A stretch of DNA of 64,000 bases from Eledone cirrhosa. Lineage: Eukaryota. The translations under genes and the position numbers were made by a program. Shown in pieces: positions 26,516-39,022 of this stretch. The stretch is taken from NCBI GenBank assembly GCA_964016885.1, contig OZ024742.1:225928001-225992000 (forward strand), given 5' to 3'. How positions within the stretch are numbered: position 1 is the first letter of the stretch; each line of letters starts with the position of its first letter. The notes under the pieces are model-generated. The model made no database searches, was not told the DNA's origin, and was given only the letters and a program-made list of their open reading frames with translations.

Positions 26516-26577
26516 TCTAGAAGTTAGGATTCCTGGCTTTCACCCAGGCAGCCCGGGTTCGATTCCTGGCATGGGAA
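26516..26577 (+). pseudogene. tRNA-Glu(TTC) pseudogene, 5'-truncated
   Basis: tctagaagttaggattcctggctttcacccaggcagcccgggttcgattcctggcatgggaa resembles eukaryotic tRNA-Glu; 5' acceptor strand missing. Confidence 0.75.
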
Positions 26578-26779
26578 ATCTAATCGTTCCAAGGGCAGTA
26601 CCCCAGCATGATGGCTGGAACAGGTAAAAGAGTAAAAGAGTAATCAGCTCACCTGAAACTACCTCTGGTTCTATGATACTAAACTGTTTATATTTATCAA
26701 AAAGGCTTTCATAATATCATATATAAACCTTCTTCTACCGTCCACATTCATTCCAATCATTCCTCTCACCCAGTCACTT

Positions 26780-27310
26780 TCATCCTTCCTCAACATATGA
26801 TCCAACCATCTCTTTCTTTTTTTTTCACAACATTCATCACTGGCTCTATTCCTATCCCCCAATCATTTTCGCCCTTCTTTAACACATGACTAACCATCTC
26901 ATTCTATTTCTCTTCACAGCATTTATTACCAGCTCAGTTCCTCTCACTCGGTCATAACACACGACCAACCATCTCGTTCCATTTCCCTTCACAACATTCA
27001 TCACTGGCTCTATTCCCATCACCTAATCACTTTCATTCTTCCTTAACATATGTCCCAGCCATCTCATTTCATTTCTCTTTATAACAAACATTCATCACTG
27101 GCTCTGTTCACATCAATCCTTTCATGCAGCCACTTTCATCCTTCCTTAACACATCACTCAACCATTTCCCTTCACAACATTCATCACTTGTTCTATTCCC
27201 ATCACTCCTCTCATGCAGTCACTTTCATCCTTCATCCACACAGGACCCAACTATCTCACACTATTTCCTTTCATAACATTTATCACATACTCTATTCCCA
27301 TCACTCCATT
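26780..27310. repeat. Degenerate minisatellite, about 6 units of 80-100 bp, LINE-derived
   Basis: recurring cttccttaacacatga..aaccatctc..ttcacaacattcatcactggctctattcccatcac; minus strand reads RWLDHMLRKDESDWV. Confidence 0.7.
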
Positions 27311-27370
27311 ACGATTCACTGATTGTCTTCCTTTCGTTGTATTTTATTTGGTATGTTTTGTAATTTTCAG

Positions 27371-27478
27371 ATTGACTTTGGAGGTGTTTATGGTGAAATC
27401 GATAAGAAATTTATGTTCAGTAATGTAATTGTAGGGAAAAAAGCAAAAGCTCGCTTCAAATTAATTAATACTAGTAAG
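27371..27478 (+). CDS. HYDIN: HYDIN exon (phase 0 to 0)
   Basis: ttttcag acceptor, gtttgt donor; IDFGGVYGEIDKKFMFSNVIVGKKAKARFKLINTSK. Confidence 0.88.
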
Positions 27479-27708
27479 GTTTGTAAATGGTTTCTATTTT
27501 TGAAATTACAGTAATATTATACATACTGTAATATATATATATGGTCATTTTTGGAAGCCTCTACAATGCAGGTGAATAAATCTCTGGGTAACAAAATCAG
27601 GTGGCAGTAGGAAGAAAGGGGATAAGAGAGAAGGAGAGGAAATAGGAAAAGGAAAGTTAAAATGAAATGAAAACCAGAGGTAAAGTTACCTTGGAATTGG
27701 TTTATTGG

Positions 27709-27745
27709 TCCCTATATTTCGGATTTCTCATCCATCATTAGGGGA
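27709..27745 (-). ncRNA. Decayed minimal hammerhead downstream of a Penelope GIY-YIG
   Basis: minus strand: tccc CTAATGA tggatgagaaatcc GAAA ta TA ggga; core G changed to A. Confidence 0.5.
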
Positions 27746-28154
27746 GGCAGGGTCCAAAGGAATTTTGGAGATTTGTCTGAGAGGAATCTATGTGGCCGTG
27801 TGTTGCTAGTGTCCGTGTCATTGATTGAAATAAGAAAACAAGTATTCCCTAATGGGCACGCACGCATGAGATCGGTACAGTCATTCAAAGGTCATCAAGG
27901 TTAGCAGTTGCGACTAAAATGTGGAATGGGTGTGATATGACAGGGTCCACGCATTCTGATAGTGGGTTTGGCTGGTGTGGTAGGAGGGGAGGGGGGCAAA
28001 AACTTGATGGCAGGCACAGCATAACAGCAGAGTCAGTCCGTCTGTTTGTATGTCGGCAGGCAACCAAAATGTACATTAATATTCATTCACTCATCTGTTA
28101 TTGTGTGTGCAAGTCATAGTTCAGGTTAGACCAGCCACCATGTTTCACTCCTTT

Positions 28155-28403
28155 CAGATCTGTTGTTTATTGGTGGTTCCAGTCATTTGATCGAAAGTGC
28201 TTCCTTGATCCTAGGAATCCCAATGTTACGTTCTGTTACTAGCACTGTGATAGTGAGTCTTCTGTCCTTGTTTCCACATTTGGTGATATGTTTCCAAAAG
28301 GACGAGACTCTAGTGCTGATGTGCTCCTTGATTCAAATGTACAGCAGTCAAATGGTGCTACTGATGTAGTAATCTTTGCACTTGTCACAATTGATCTTGT
28401 AAA

Positions 28404-28406
<3 letters not shown>
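28155..28406 (-). mobile_element. Penelope-like GIY-YIG endonuclease remnant
   Basis: VYKINCDKCKDYYISST...IKEH...IKEALSIK*LEPPINNRSE. Confidence 0.7.
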
Positions 28407-28441
<35 letters not shown>

Positions 28442-30353
28442 TTGTAAACTATATATATACAGAGAAAGAAAGAGAGATATATAAAATCCCAGGCATGGCC
28501 CCAAGCGGTTTTAAAAACCAATTGGCGCTGTAGCCGGCATTTTTATATATCTCTATATCCACTCTGCATTTCATCATGCATTGAGTACTCCCATGGTTAG
28601 TGGTCTCCCCAGTCTCAGCACCGCAGACTCTGTATATATATATAGGCATCGATGAAAATCAACTAGCCATTCTTTTCAGGAGGACTTTCAGTCCATGGAT
28701 AATTTCCAGAAATCCCTGGCCTGTCAGTGCTACCAGGGAGCTTTGCCGGTTCAGGATAAACTCCACAGGTATGGAAGTGTTGACAGCCAGACCTGTCTGA
28801 GATGCATGTAGAGCAATGAAACCATCCTGTATGCAATCATCCAGTGTCTGAGCATTGCTGACTTGTGAGTTCATGTTGAACACCTGCTGTCAAGAGTAAG
28901 GTGAATCAGCCAAATCCATTGTGATGATTGCCCCACCGCCTTTCTTTAGTTAGGAAGAGCAAGCTGTTTTTATATGTCTTGAAGCCATGGCGAAAGAGCT
29001 TGAATGGTGGACGTGCTTGAAAGGGTTGAAGATGAGCACTTTCCTCTTCGGTGAAGCCCTGATTAACTTATTTAGGTTTTACTTGAAGAGGAAAATCAAG
29101 GTGGAAAAGTAAGTGCTACATTCAATGCAGTTTATTGAAAGGTGAGTGAGAGAGGCAAGCATGGCTCGAGTAAATGGGCCTGCTCTGAATGTGAGCCAGT
29201 AGATTGGAAGAGAACTAGGCCAGGGCACTTGCCCTAGAGATCAGGGCACCCACAGTTTTATGGTTTTTTTTCCATGAGTGACCCTTGAACGTCTCATCCC
29301 TATTGAGGAATCCCCTTTGTTTTAATTTTTATTGTTATCTTTCTTTTTTAACATTGTTAAATTTATTTACTCGCAAAACCCACATACATACACACTTATG
29401 TTTTTGTCCTGTGCTGTCAATGTTTTTCTTGACTTTCGTAAAATTTTAGTTGTTTGAATTTTTTTGATATTTCTATCTTCTTCTTATAACCTGGCCAAAA
29501 CCCACTTTGTATCGTCCTGTACCGCTCTGTGCCATCTGTAATGTTTTTCTTCATGTTAGCCTTTGTGGCCAATAACAAAACCATTATTATTATTATTTGG
29601 ATTGGCAGTATCGATAGAGCATCAGACAACATGCTTCGCAGCATAGAGTTACGGCCCTTTACTTGCTGAGTTCAAATTCCGCCAAGGTTAGCTTTGTCTT
29701 TCATCCTTACAAGGGTCGATAAAATAAAGCACCAGTAATGCACTGGGGTTGATTTAATTGACTTTCCTCTCCACTACCCTTCAAATTCCTGGCCTTGTGC
29801 GTAAAGTAGAAACAATTATTATTATAATTGTTATATAGGATTGCAACAAAAGACCCAGCTAACCCATTTAAGCACGGAAAAGCAAATATAAAATAATTGT
29901 TTCTACTTTAGGCACAAGGCCAGCAAATACCCAGTGTATTACTGGTACTTTATTTTATTGACTCCATAAGGATGAAAGGCAAAGTCAACCTCGGCGGGAT
30001 TTGAACTCAGATCGTAAAGGGACGTAACTATGCTGGAAAGCATGGCGTCCGACCCTCTACCGATACTGCCAATCCACCGCCCTTATAAAACAAATATAAA
30101 ATAATGATGATAATGACACAAACATAGACACATACACAGGGGTTGGGGGAAATGACCTGTTCAACCCATATAAGCATGGAAAAACAGATGTAAAATGATG
30201 ATGATGATTAGATAAGATGCCTCCAGTCTAGGACAGACTTTGACTTCCTGCACTGCATAAAACCATATTAGCAAGATTTTTTTGAAAAGTACAAAACAGC
30301 ACCATGACTGTATCACATTCAAAATTTAAAGTCTTAAGTACTCTAATGCTGTA

Positions 30354-31248
30354 CAAGATGTGGACGATATCTGTTCGCAAGATTACTGTCTAGGAAAAAG
30401 TAACACAGTAGTTTTATTTTTTAAGATTTATTTATCAAACTTAGGTCAGTTTGTCTTCATTACTTGTTCTTTCGATCTCACTCGATAAACCCGCCATTGG
30501 CTTTGATGACGGCTTCAAGGTGGCCTTGGAACCGGCTACAGGCCTTCGTCACTGTCCCCCAACTTAGGCCCCTAAAGTCACTTGTGATCCTGGCCTTCAG
30601 ATCATCTTTCATATTGCAGCTAGATCTGTTGATGTCTCGTTCCACTGCGCCCCACACAAAGAAGTCGAGGGGGTTGCAGTCAGGCGAGCTGGGAGGCCAG
30701 ATGTCAGGTGAAGTGTGGTCGACGAAGTTCTCTGACAGCCAGGCTTGGGTCTTTAGGCTGGTATGGCAGGGCGCTGAGTCTTGCTGCCACACGTACGGTC
30801 TACCTGCAGCTACCTGGTCAATCCAGGGCTTTACTACCTCGCTCAGAACGCCATCAGATGTAGCCATCGGTGTTCAGCTTGAGCCCCTCAGGGAAGAAGT
30901 GAGGAGGCATGATGTCACCTTGACTGCTGACGACACCTAAGACCAATGTTGTCGCTGGAAACTTTGTCTGCATGACTCTGGGCACGTCTTTGGATGAGAC
31001 AGCGAGCCACCTGTTGTTCTGGGAGTTGATCTTCTGGTCTTATTTGTCCTCCCGGCGCGGATCCAAGAAGAACTCTGTGTCTCTTCCACAAATTTAGAGG
31101 TTCAAAATTATTCATAATCAATTATTCTGAAAATAAATAATGGAAATATAGTCATTGTTTTTATGAAGACAAGTGTGACAACCGAAGTAAAAAGATTTTG
31201 CATAAAATTAGTAGTTGAAAATTGCGAACAAATATCGTCCACACCCTG
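30354..31248 (-). mobile_element. Tc1/mariner DD37D (maT-type) element, internally deleted
   Basis: TA-flanked TIRs caagatgtggacgatatctgttcgcaa / ttgcgaacaaatatcgtccacaccctg; QQD-x37-D (SPDCNPLD). Confidence 0.85.
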
Positions 31249-31379
31249 TAAATTGTCACAATCATCTGTTCAGTAGTAAAGATATTATAAGCATTTGAAT
31301 TAACACACACATTTTTAGATATTCTCTGCTAAATCATTATAGGATATTAAGAGTTAACCTGTAACCTTTTATATTCTAG

Positions 31380-31538
31380 GTCCCTTTTGATGCGATTATT
31401 AGTGTGAAAGCCAGTCAGAGTCGGGGTAGTGGCAAACAGCCACATGTAGAGATCTTTGAAGTTGAACCCACCAAAGCCCAAATACTCAACCACAGCTATA
31501 TCTTTGCAACTGTCACATTTTCACCTCAGGCAATGCAG
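31380..31538 (+). CDS. HYDIN: HYDIN exon (phase 0 to 0)
   Basis: ttctag acceptor, gtaaaa donor; VPFDAIISVK...IFEVEPTKAQILNHSYIFATVTFSPQAMQ. Confidence 0.88.
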
Positions 31539-31849
31539 GTAAAACAAACTCACTTTCATTAAAAAAATAACCATGTGGAGATTCCACAGTTTATTTAGAT
31601 ACAACCACTATTTGTTAAAGATCAGTATGACACTTTATGTTTTATTTACGTTATATATATATATAGTAATGAGATATGCACACAGATACATCAGTTCAAT
31701 AAATTGAAGGGTTCTCTTGATAAGCCTTATAACCTCAGAGCGGTAGTGTATGTTTCAAGTGCAGGGTTGCTGTAAGACAATTAGGCAAAACTGCAGTCAG
31801 GACTTTGAAGAAAAAATAGGTATTTTATAATTTTATATATATATCTAAA

Positions 31850-32125
31850 GTCTAAAGTCTGAAGTCTGTCTTAAGCCAGAAGGCTCATTTGACCGGTTCC
31901 ATGGCATGAAGGGACTGAGAGTACAAGACTTCCCTTGGACAGGACAGCAGTCCATCGCAGGTTTAAACCCCCAGCTACTGCTGGTACTCATTTTCAGCTG
32001 AGTATACTGGAGCAACATGAAATGAAGTATTTTGCTCAAGAACACAACACGCAACCCAGGAATCAAACCCACGACTTTATGATCGTAAGTCCAACACCCT
32101 TACCACTAGGTCACGTGCCTCCACA
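31850..32125 (-). mobile_element. tRNA-derived CORE-like SINE; related copies at 12055-12180 and 44765-44930
   Basis: tRNA-like head followed by ttcttgagcaa...actcagctg...aatgag. Confidence 0.65.
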
Positions 32126-32135
32126 CAGACACATG

Positions 32136-32199
<64 letters not shown>

Positions 32200-32202
<3 letters not shown>

Positions 32203-33795
32203 GGAAATGAAAAGTGTTGAAGGCATCAGGAGAAGTAGGAACTAAACTAGTTGCATACATAGTCAATCAAGTTATATATGATGGAGTCATAACCAAGACT
32301 GGTGCAGCAGTATTCTTGTTAATTGTTACAAAGGTAAAGGGGACGTTTTGGAGAGGAGCAATTATAGGGGCATAAAACTGATTGATCAGGTTATGAATGT
32401 GACAGAAAGAGTGCTAGCACAACTAATTAGAGAAAGGGTCAAATTAGATGAGATGCAGTTTGATTTTGTGCCTGGGAAAAGTACAACAGATGCCCTCTTC
32501 TTAGTGAGACAACTACAAGAGAGGTTCTTAGAGAAGAATAAGCCACTATACTTAGCTTTTGTTGACCTAGAGAAGGTCTTTGATAGAGTACCTTGATCTG
32601 TCATCTGGTGGTCCCTAAGGAAACTAGGTGTAGAGGAGTGGCTTGTGAGGACAATACAAGCTATGTACAGAGGAGCTGTCAGTAAAGTGAGAGTAGGAAT
32701 GGAGTTTAGTGAGGAATTCCAGACACAAGTAGGAGTTCATCAGGGTTCAGTCCTCAGCCACTCTTATTCATTATAATTCTCCAAGCCATAACAGAGGAGT
32801 TTAAGACTAGCTGCCCATGGGAACTTCTCTATGCTGACAATCTGGTACTTATAGCAGAATCAGTAGAGGAGCTAGAGAATAAATTCTGGCTGTGGAAACA
32901 ACAGTTGGAATCAAGGGGACTGGGAGTGAACCTAGCACAGACTAAAGTATTGATAAGTAGGAAAGCGGACAAGACTCTGATTTCATCAGAGAAATGGCCA
33001 TGCTTGATATGTATAAAACGAGTTGGCATAAACTCTATAGAATGTACACAATGCAAGAGGTGTAGTGGGATAGAAGGCAAACTAATGGAAAAGGAAAACT
33101 TCATATAGAGTAGTTGTTCAGGGAAAATTGATAGTAGAAGTGTCAGTGGTAGGCTCATTTTTCAAATGCAGGTAGGATTTATTGAGGTGGTTGATAACTT
33201 CCAATATCTAGGTGATCAGATTAGCAAGAGAGGAGGGTGCTCCAAAGCCATAGTATCTAGAATAAGGAGGGGTTGGAAGAAGTTTAGGGAGCTGTTTCCC
33301 CTGTTGACAAAGAAGGGTTTCTCCCTACGAACAAAAGGCCGGTTATATGATGCCTGTGTGAGATGCGCGATGCTGCGTGGTAGTGAGACATGGGCAGCAA
33401 CTGCGGAGGATATGCGATGGCAGGAGAGAAATGAAGCAAGCATTCTCCGTTGAATGCGCAATGTCATTGTGTGTGAACGACCAAGCATAGACAAGTTGAG
33501 AGAGAAACTGTGTATAAGAGGGATAATCTGTAGTGTGCAGGAGAGAAGATTGTATTGTGATGCGCATGGAGGATGACCACTGGGTAACAAAGTACCAAGA
33601 AATCCCAGTGGAAGGAAGACAGTAGAGGAAGGCCACAAAAAAACACAGGCGGAGGTGGTGAGAGCTGACCTCAGATCACTGAAGCTCACAGAGGAGATGA
33701 CGAAGGACCGTGACGAATGGAAAGATGCTGTGCTGAAGAGAACCCATCCAACCGTTGCAAGCAAAGAAAAGCAGACGTAAAATAATGATGATGAT
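32200..33795 (+). mobile_element. 5'-truncated RTE LINE, short-tail subfamily
   Basis: NYRGIKL, FVDLEKVFDRVP, PHD finger, (ATG)n tail. Confidence 0.88.
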
Positions 33796-33816
33796 ATATA
33801 TATATATATATATATC

Positions 33817-34180
33817 TGAGGTCTTTCCCAAAAGTAAGGGTACTTATTTTTCTATGTACGACATCAGAAAATAAACACCTTGTTGATACGTATAGGTGTG
33901 TTGGTGATGACCTTCGTTGCACACACATACTTGTTTCAATATGATCAAGTCAATCATAAGTTATTGATGTTTTTGTACAGATGTGTTTATAACCTCTGTT
34001 ACATTTGCAATGCAGGAAAATATTGAATAATGTAACACGATCAAATTTTGTGTGAAACTCAACAAATCTGCGACCAAAACTAAGCTTATGGAAATGCCAC
34101 TGTATTAACAAATAAAGTTTTTAAGTGACACAATGCTTTCAAATAGGGTCAAGAAAATATTGAAGATGAACCTTGTATAA
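33817..34180 (+). mobile_element. Mariner 5' remnant
   Basis: gaggtctttcccaaaagtaagggtact TIR-like start; IKFCVKLNKSAT. Confidence 0.55.
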
Positions 34181-34631
34181 AAGAATATATTTAATTACTT
34201 AATTTAGCTTGTTTGCTATAATTAGATAGATTCTGTTTCAAACTTTTGTTTTCTCTCCAGTATGATGCTGTTACAGCAGTAATTTCCAACAAGGAGTGCA
34301 TTTCCCCCAGGGGAAGCAATTTAAAATGATGTTAATGAGAACAAGCTTTAAATTTTACCTTATAACTTTTACGCCAAAGGTAACTTTGGTACACATCCTG
34401 TCTCTCCTCATATCTACATGTTATTGTGCATCTGGCACCACCTATACACCAATTTATTTACTTTTTGCAGCTAGTCATTGCTGTTTTCATATTAAAGGGG
34501 GGGGGGGGGGGTCAGCATAACAATTTTTGAGATGTTGAGGTTGGGCATGGTGGAAAAAAGGTTGGGAACCACTGTGTTTCAGGATAGATAAAAATATTGT
34601 ATTTATATGATAATCTTTCTCAATGTTCCAG

Positions 34632-34859
34632 ATGTATAATACAACATTTGAAGCATCTATTGAATCAAGTGTAGCAACCAAATCTGAATCTCTTATATTT
34701 GAAATATCTGGAGAAGGGACCCTGCCTTTGATTATTGTGAGCCAACCAACCATCCGTAATCAACACGGACAACCTATTCTGTTGTTCAAACAAAACTTTG
34801 TTGGAAATTCTGAAACGTTAAAAGTAATTATTGTAAATGACGGATCCATTCCATGTAAG
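34632..34859 (+). CDS. HYDIN: HYDIN exon (phase 0 to 0)
   Basis: ttccag acceptor, gtatgt donor; MYNTTFEASI...LIFEISGEGTLPLIIVSQPTIRNQHGQPILLFK...NDGSIPCK. Confidence 0.9.
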
Positions 34860-34875
34860 GTATGTATTGTAAAAT

Positions 34876-34933
34876 ACTACTACTGCTACCACCACTACTA
34901 CTACTACCACTACTACTGCTGCTGCTGCTGCTG

Positions 34934-34973
<40 letters not shown>

Positions 34974-35133
34974 TACTACTACCACTACCACTACTACTAC
35001 TACTACTACCTCTACTACCACCACCACCATCTCCACCACCACCACCACTACTACTACTACCACCATAACTACTACTACTACCACCCCCATAACTACTATT
35101 ACTACCACCACTACTACTACTACTACTACTACT

Positions 35134-35168
<35 letters not shown>

Positions 35169-35170
35169 TT
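34876..35170. repeat. Compound (TAC/CAC/TGC)n microsatellite
   Basis: direct inspection; starts about 16 nt after the HYDIN donor. Confidence 0.95.
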
Positions 35171-36454
35171 TTAAGGCAAATTTCCCTGTTAAAACAGTTT
35201 AGTCTTGCAGACAGCATGACAAGTTTCATACTCATCAAGGACTCTGTTTTATGGCTGGATGCTCTCCCTTGTGCCAACCATTTTAGTCACCTGATACAAT
35301 GTACAGGGATATGGTGCACCTCTCTTAGACTGGGTACAAGCAGCAGACATGCTAGATTGGAATTGTTTCATACATTTCTGAAATATTGGTGGTGATTTGG
35401 CAATATAAATCAATATATGCAATTTATTTACATATATTTACATCCACGTTCCACACTGTAATGGGTTGGTTGGGTTGTTACAGTTTGAGACCAGATAGAA
35501 TGAATCAACCTATCTTGCTCATGCATTCCATATTTGGCATGGTTTCTATGGCTGGATGGAAATACTTGTATAACAATAATTTTTGTTGTTGTTGTTGTTG
35601 GCCAGGTTGAGCTTGGTTTAATCAACTCAAGTTATATGTTCACTTTAAAACCAATGATAATCTTTTTGTTAAACAATATTGGTTGACTTCCAAGGCATTG
35701 GGTAATTTGAAATTTGAAAATATTGTCACCACAATGCAAATCACTATAATGATTTCTACTATAGGCACAAGGCCAGCAATTTTGGGGGAGGGGAACGTCG
35801 ATTGAATCGACCCCAATGCATTACTGGTGCTTTATTTTATCAACCCTGTAAGCATGAAAGACAAAGCTAACCTCGGCAGGATTTGAACTCAGATCATAGA
35901 GGGGCGTAACTCTATGCTGCAAAGCATGGCATCCGACTCTCTGCCGATACTGCCAATCTATAAAAATAGTTGATAAATAAGCTAAAATACCCCTAAAAAC
36001 AGAAAAATGTGGACAGAGATGCCTGCAGGGAATCAAACCAAACATCTCTCATATGCCAGATGAGTGTGTTTAACCAGTGCGCCAAAGAGCCTCTGGTCAC
36101 TTATTACTATCCTTTTGAAGTCAACAAATCATGTTTATACTTCTAGCTACATGATTAAATCTTCCAAAAAGAAAGTAATTAGTGCCAGAGGCCCCTTAAC
36201 ACAATGATTAAATACACTTGCCCAGCATACAAGAATTGTGTGGTTCAATTACCCACAGATGTCTCTGTCCAATTTTGTTCCATTGTCAGGAGTAGTTTTC
36301 GTGATTTATCAACTATTATTGTTAGTGATCTGCATTGTGAAGACTGTATTTTCCAATTTCAAGTCGTTTTTGTTGGGGGTTATGTTGATGTTGACCTAAT
36401 TGACTCAGTAGTATGAGCTCCAGTGAGATAAACTTTTTCAGATCCTGGGTAGAC

Positions 36455-37000
36455 ACCATAGGTGACCTAATTAGCAGTGGAAGAGGTTGAAAAGTATAGT
36501 AGGTAGAATAAGAACGGATGGGAAAAGTTTAGAGAGCTACTGCTTCTGTTGACAACAAAAGGTTTCTGTCTATGAATGAAATACTGGCTGTATAACACTT
36601 GCATTGAAGTGAAACATGGGCAGTAAATGCTGGAGATATACAGAGGCTGGAAAGAAATGAGGCAAGCATGTTTTCAACAAGGCATGGATGAGCTGAGAGA
36701 AAAACTAGGTATAAGAGAAATCAAATGTAGTGTGCAAGAGAGAAGATTGTGTTGGTATAGCTATGTGATGCATATGGAGGATGATCATTGGGTGAAGAAA
36801 TGCTGGGAGCTCTTGTTGGGAGGAAGCTACAGTAGTGGAAGGTCAAGGAAAACCTGGGCAGAAGTGGTGAAGGCTAATTACGAACACTGAATCTTACTGA
36901 GGAGATGATGAATGAATACAACAGATGGATGAAAGCTGTACTGGAAAAGACCTGTACAAGCATGGAAAATGGATGTAAAAGGATTATGATGATGATGATG
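36455..37000 (+). mobile_element. RTE 3' fragment
   Basis: ELREKLGIREIKCSVQERRLCWY...SRKTWAEVV; (ATG)n tail. Confidence 0.8.
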
Positions 37001-37137
37001 AAGTAATATGCTCACACTAAAACCAAAGAAAATCTTTTGTCTTTGTTATTGTTATTGTGTAAGTTGATCTTGATCTAATTGACTCAAGTAATGTGTTTAT
37101 ACTAAAACTAAAGATAATATTTTGTTGTTGTTGTTAG

Positions 37138-37234
37138 GTTGATTTTGATTTAATTGACCCAAGTAATGTGTACACACTAAAACCAGTCATTAAAAATAAG
37201 AAAGATGAAGAATTTATATTTCAAGCAGAACATG
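37138..37234 (+). CDS. HYDIN: HYDIN exon (phase 0 to 1), absent from the ORF track
   Basis: ttgttag acceptor, gtaatt donor; VDFDLIDPSNVYTLKPVIKNKKDEEFIFQAEH; supplies the phase change needed between its neighbours. Confidence 0.8.
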
Positions 37235-37779
37235 GTAATTCTTTTTTTTTTCCCCTTTTATGTAACATTGGTTAATTAGTTGGAAATGGTTGATTTTAAG
37301 GAAATATTAGAACTGCACAAATATTTGGCCCAGTGTTTGATATTCTCTGAGTCTGAGAAGCATTTGTAATGGCTATGAGTGTTTTAAGTCTTTTAACCAT
37401 CATTTACCATGTAAGCATATATGTAGTATTTGACACTGCACAAAATTAGGTTTAAAGCTACACAAGCAGGGGTCAGCTGCACATTAAAATAACCACTGGT
37501 TGGAAAATAGAGGTATTGTCCTTTGAATATATTTATACTTATATACTTACTACTTAGTACTACTACTACTTTGATGCTAAACTCTGCCAGTTGCAGACTA
37601 GGCATCAACATGAGATATTTTTCTCCACAAAGTTCGATCACCAACAGCAGAGTTTAAAGAGCAAAGATGAAGTCCAGTCCATAGGTTGACATTATCAAGC
37701 CATCATTTTGGCTGCTTCTCTTACCAGCCAACTTTCCTTCTAGGCATAACCTACTCACACCACGAGTTGATATTTTTAT

Positions 37780-38020
37780 ATGACCTTATACTTTGAGTAC
37801 TCTTGACTTGACAATTAATGTAATTGGTCTCAGCCTGGTGATGTTGAGCAGCTCAGTGATACAGATACAGTCGCTGAGCCGCTTGCCAGTCACAAGTCTC
37901 ATGATGTGGTTCTGGAATGTAGAGAGCTTTTGAAGTGACCTTGTCGTCCAATTAACACAGTCAAGACCATATAACACAACTGGTAGGATGTAAGTATCAA
38001 AGATCTTAGCCTTCAAATGA
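37780..38020 (-). mobile_element. Old non-LTR RT C-terminal remnant
   Basis: KAKIFDTYILPVVLYGLDCVNWT...FQNHIMR. Confidence 0.65.
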
Positions 38021-38761
38021 TAGGAAACTTGTTTTAAATACAGTTAAATATATTTATATTTAAAAATGAAGACAACTACAGTACCCTAATGGACCAAATA
38101 CTAGGTACTTTATACAAGTATCACTGACTAGAAGGAAATGTATAGGCTCCCATTAGTCATGACTGGCTGGGTATTCTTCCTTAAGGTGTTTTCTGAAAGA
38201 CCAGCTGTCACCCATGTATTCAAGTCTCTCCTCTCTACACCACGAAGGGAAAGGCAAAGGCCAATACAGCCTGGCACCAGTGTCCTAGCCTGGCACCAGT
38301 GTCCTTGCAACTCATATATAATTAGTAATTTTAGTTAATCCCTCAATTTCTTTTTTTATTTATTATTTGAAATAAAGGGTATTTCATTAGAAATATGATC
38401 ATGAAAAGTTTAATACTTGAAAAATAGTGTATTTCATTAAAAATACAGCCATGAAAGGGTTAATAATTTTATTAGATCCCTCCTCAAAATTCTTGATTAA
38501 TTATTTGAAATAGAGTGTAAATCATTAAAAATAAAGTCATAAAAGGATTAAAAACATATTTTAGGAGAGTGTTGTAGTTGTTTTTAATCATTGCATAAAG
38601 TGTAGACAACAGTGTTGTAGAGGACTATAGCAACGCAAATTAGACATTAAATGTTAAAAATAATACCAAATTTTTTGGAATGTTACCTTGGAGATGTTTA
38701 ATTAGTCTTTAATATTTTGGGAGAAAATTACTCTTGTCAAAATATATTTCATGTTTTATAG

Positions 38762-39022
38762 ATGTAGTTAAGAAACAGTTGCACACTGCATCAGTAAACC
38801 TGGAATGTAGCGAGAAAGCTGAATTTAATGTTACATACCAACCAAAGGATGCTGTTAAAAGTATTGCCAGTATACGGGTGATTGTTCATGATAATCCATA
38901 TGAAAATATCAGCATAAATCTTGTTGGTGAAGGTTACTTTGAAGAAGTCACACTTGATGATATTTACCTGGACCCTATACTCGTACAGAAGTATCAGAGT
39001 GAAGCACATGGGAAATATCAAA
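38762..39022 (+). CDS. HYDIN: HYDIN exon (phase 1 to 1)
   Basis: ttatag acceptor, gtatgt donor; KKQLHTASVNL...DNPYENISINLVGEGYFEEVTLDDI. Confidence 0.87.

Noticed and set aside
26516-26577. Functional tRNA-Glu gene
   Set aside because: 5' acceptor strand is absent and the D arm is mutated
34261-34379. Exon-like segment (ttctctccag ... aag|gtaact)
   Set aside because: Stop in the required phase, no HYDIN similarity, and the flanking exons join without it
34623-35277. Poly-Tyr/His, poly-Ser/Gly and poly-Val ORFs
   Set aside because: Read-through of a trinucleotide microsatellite past the HYDIN donor at 34860
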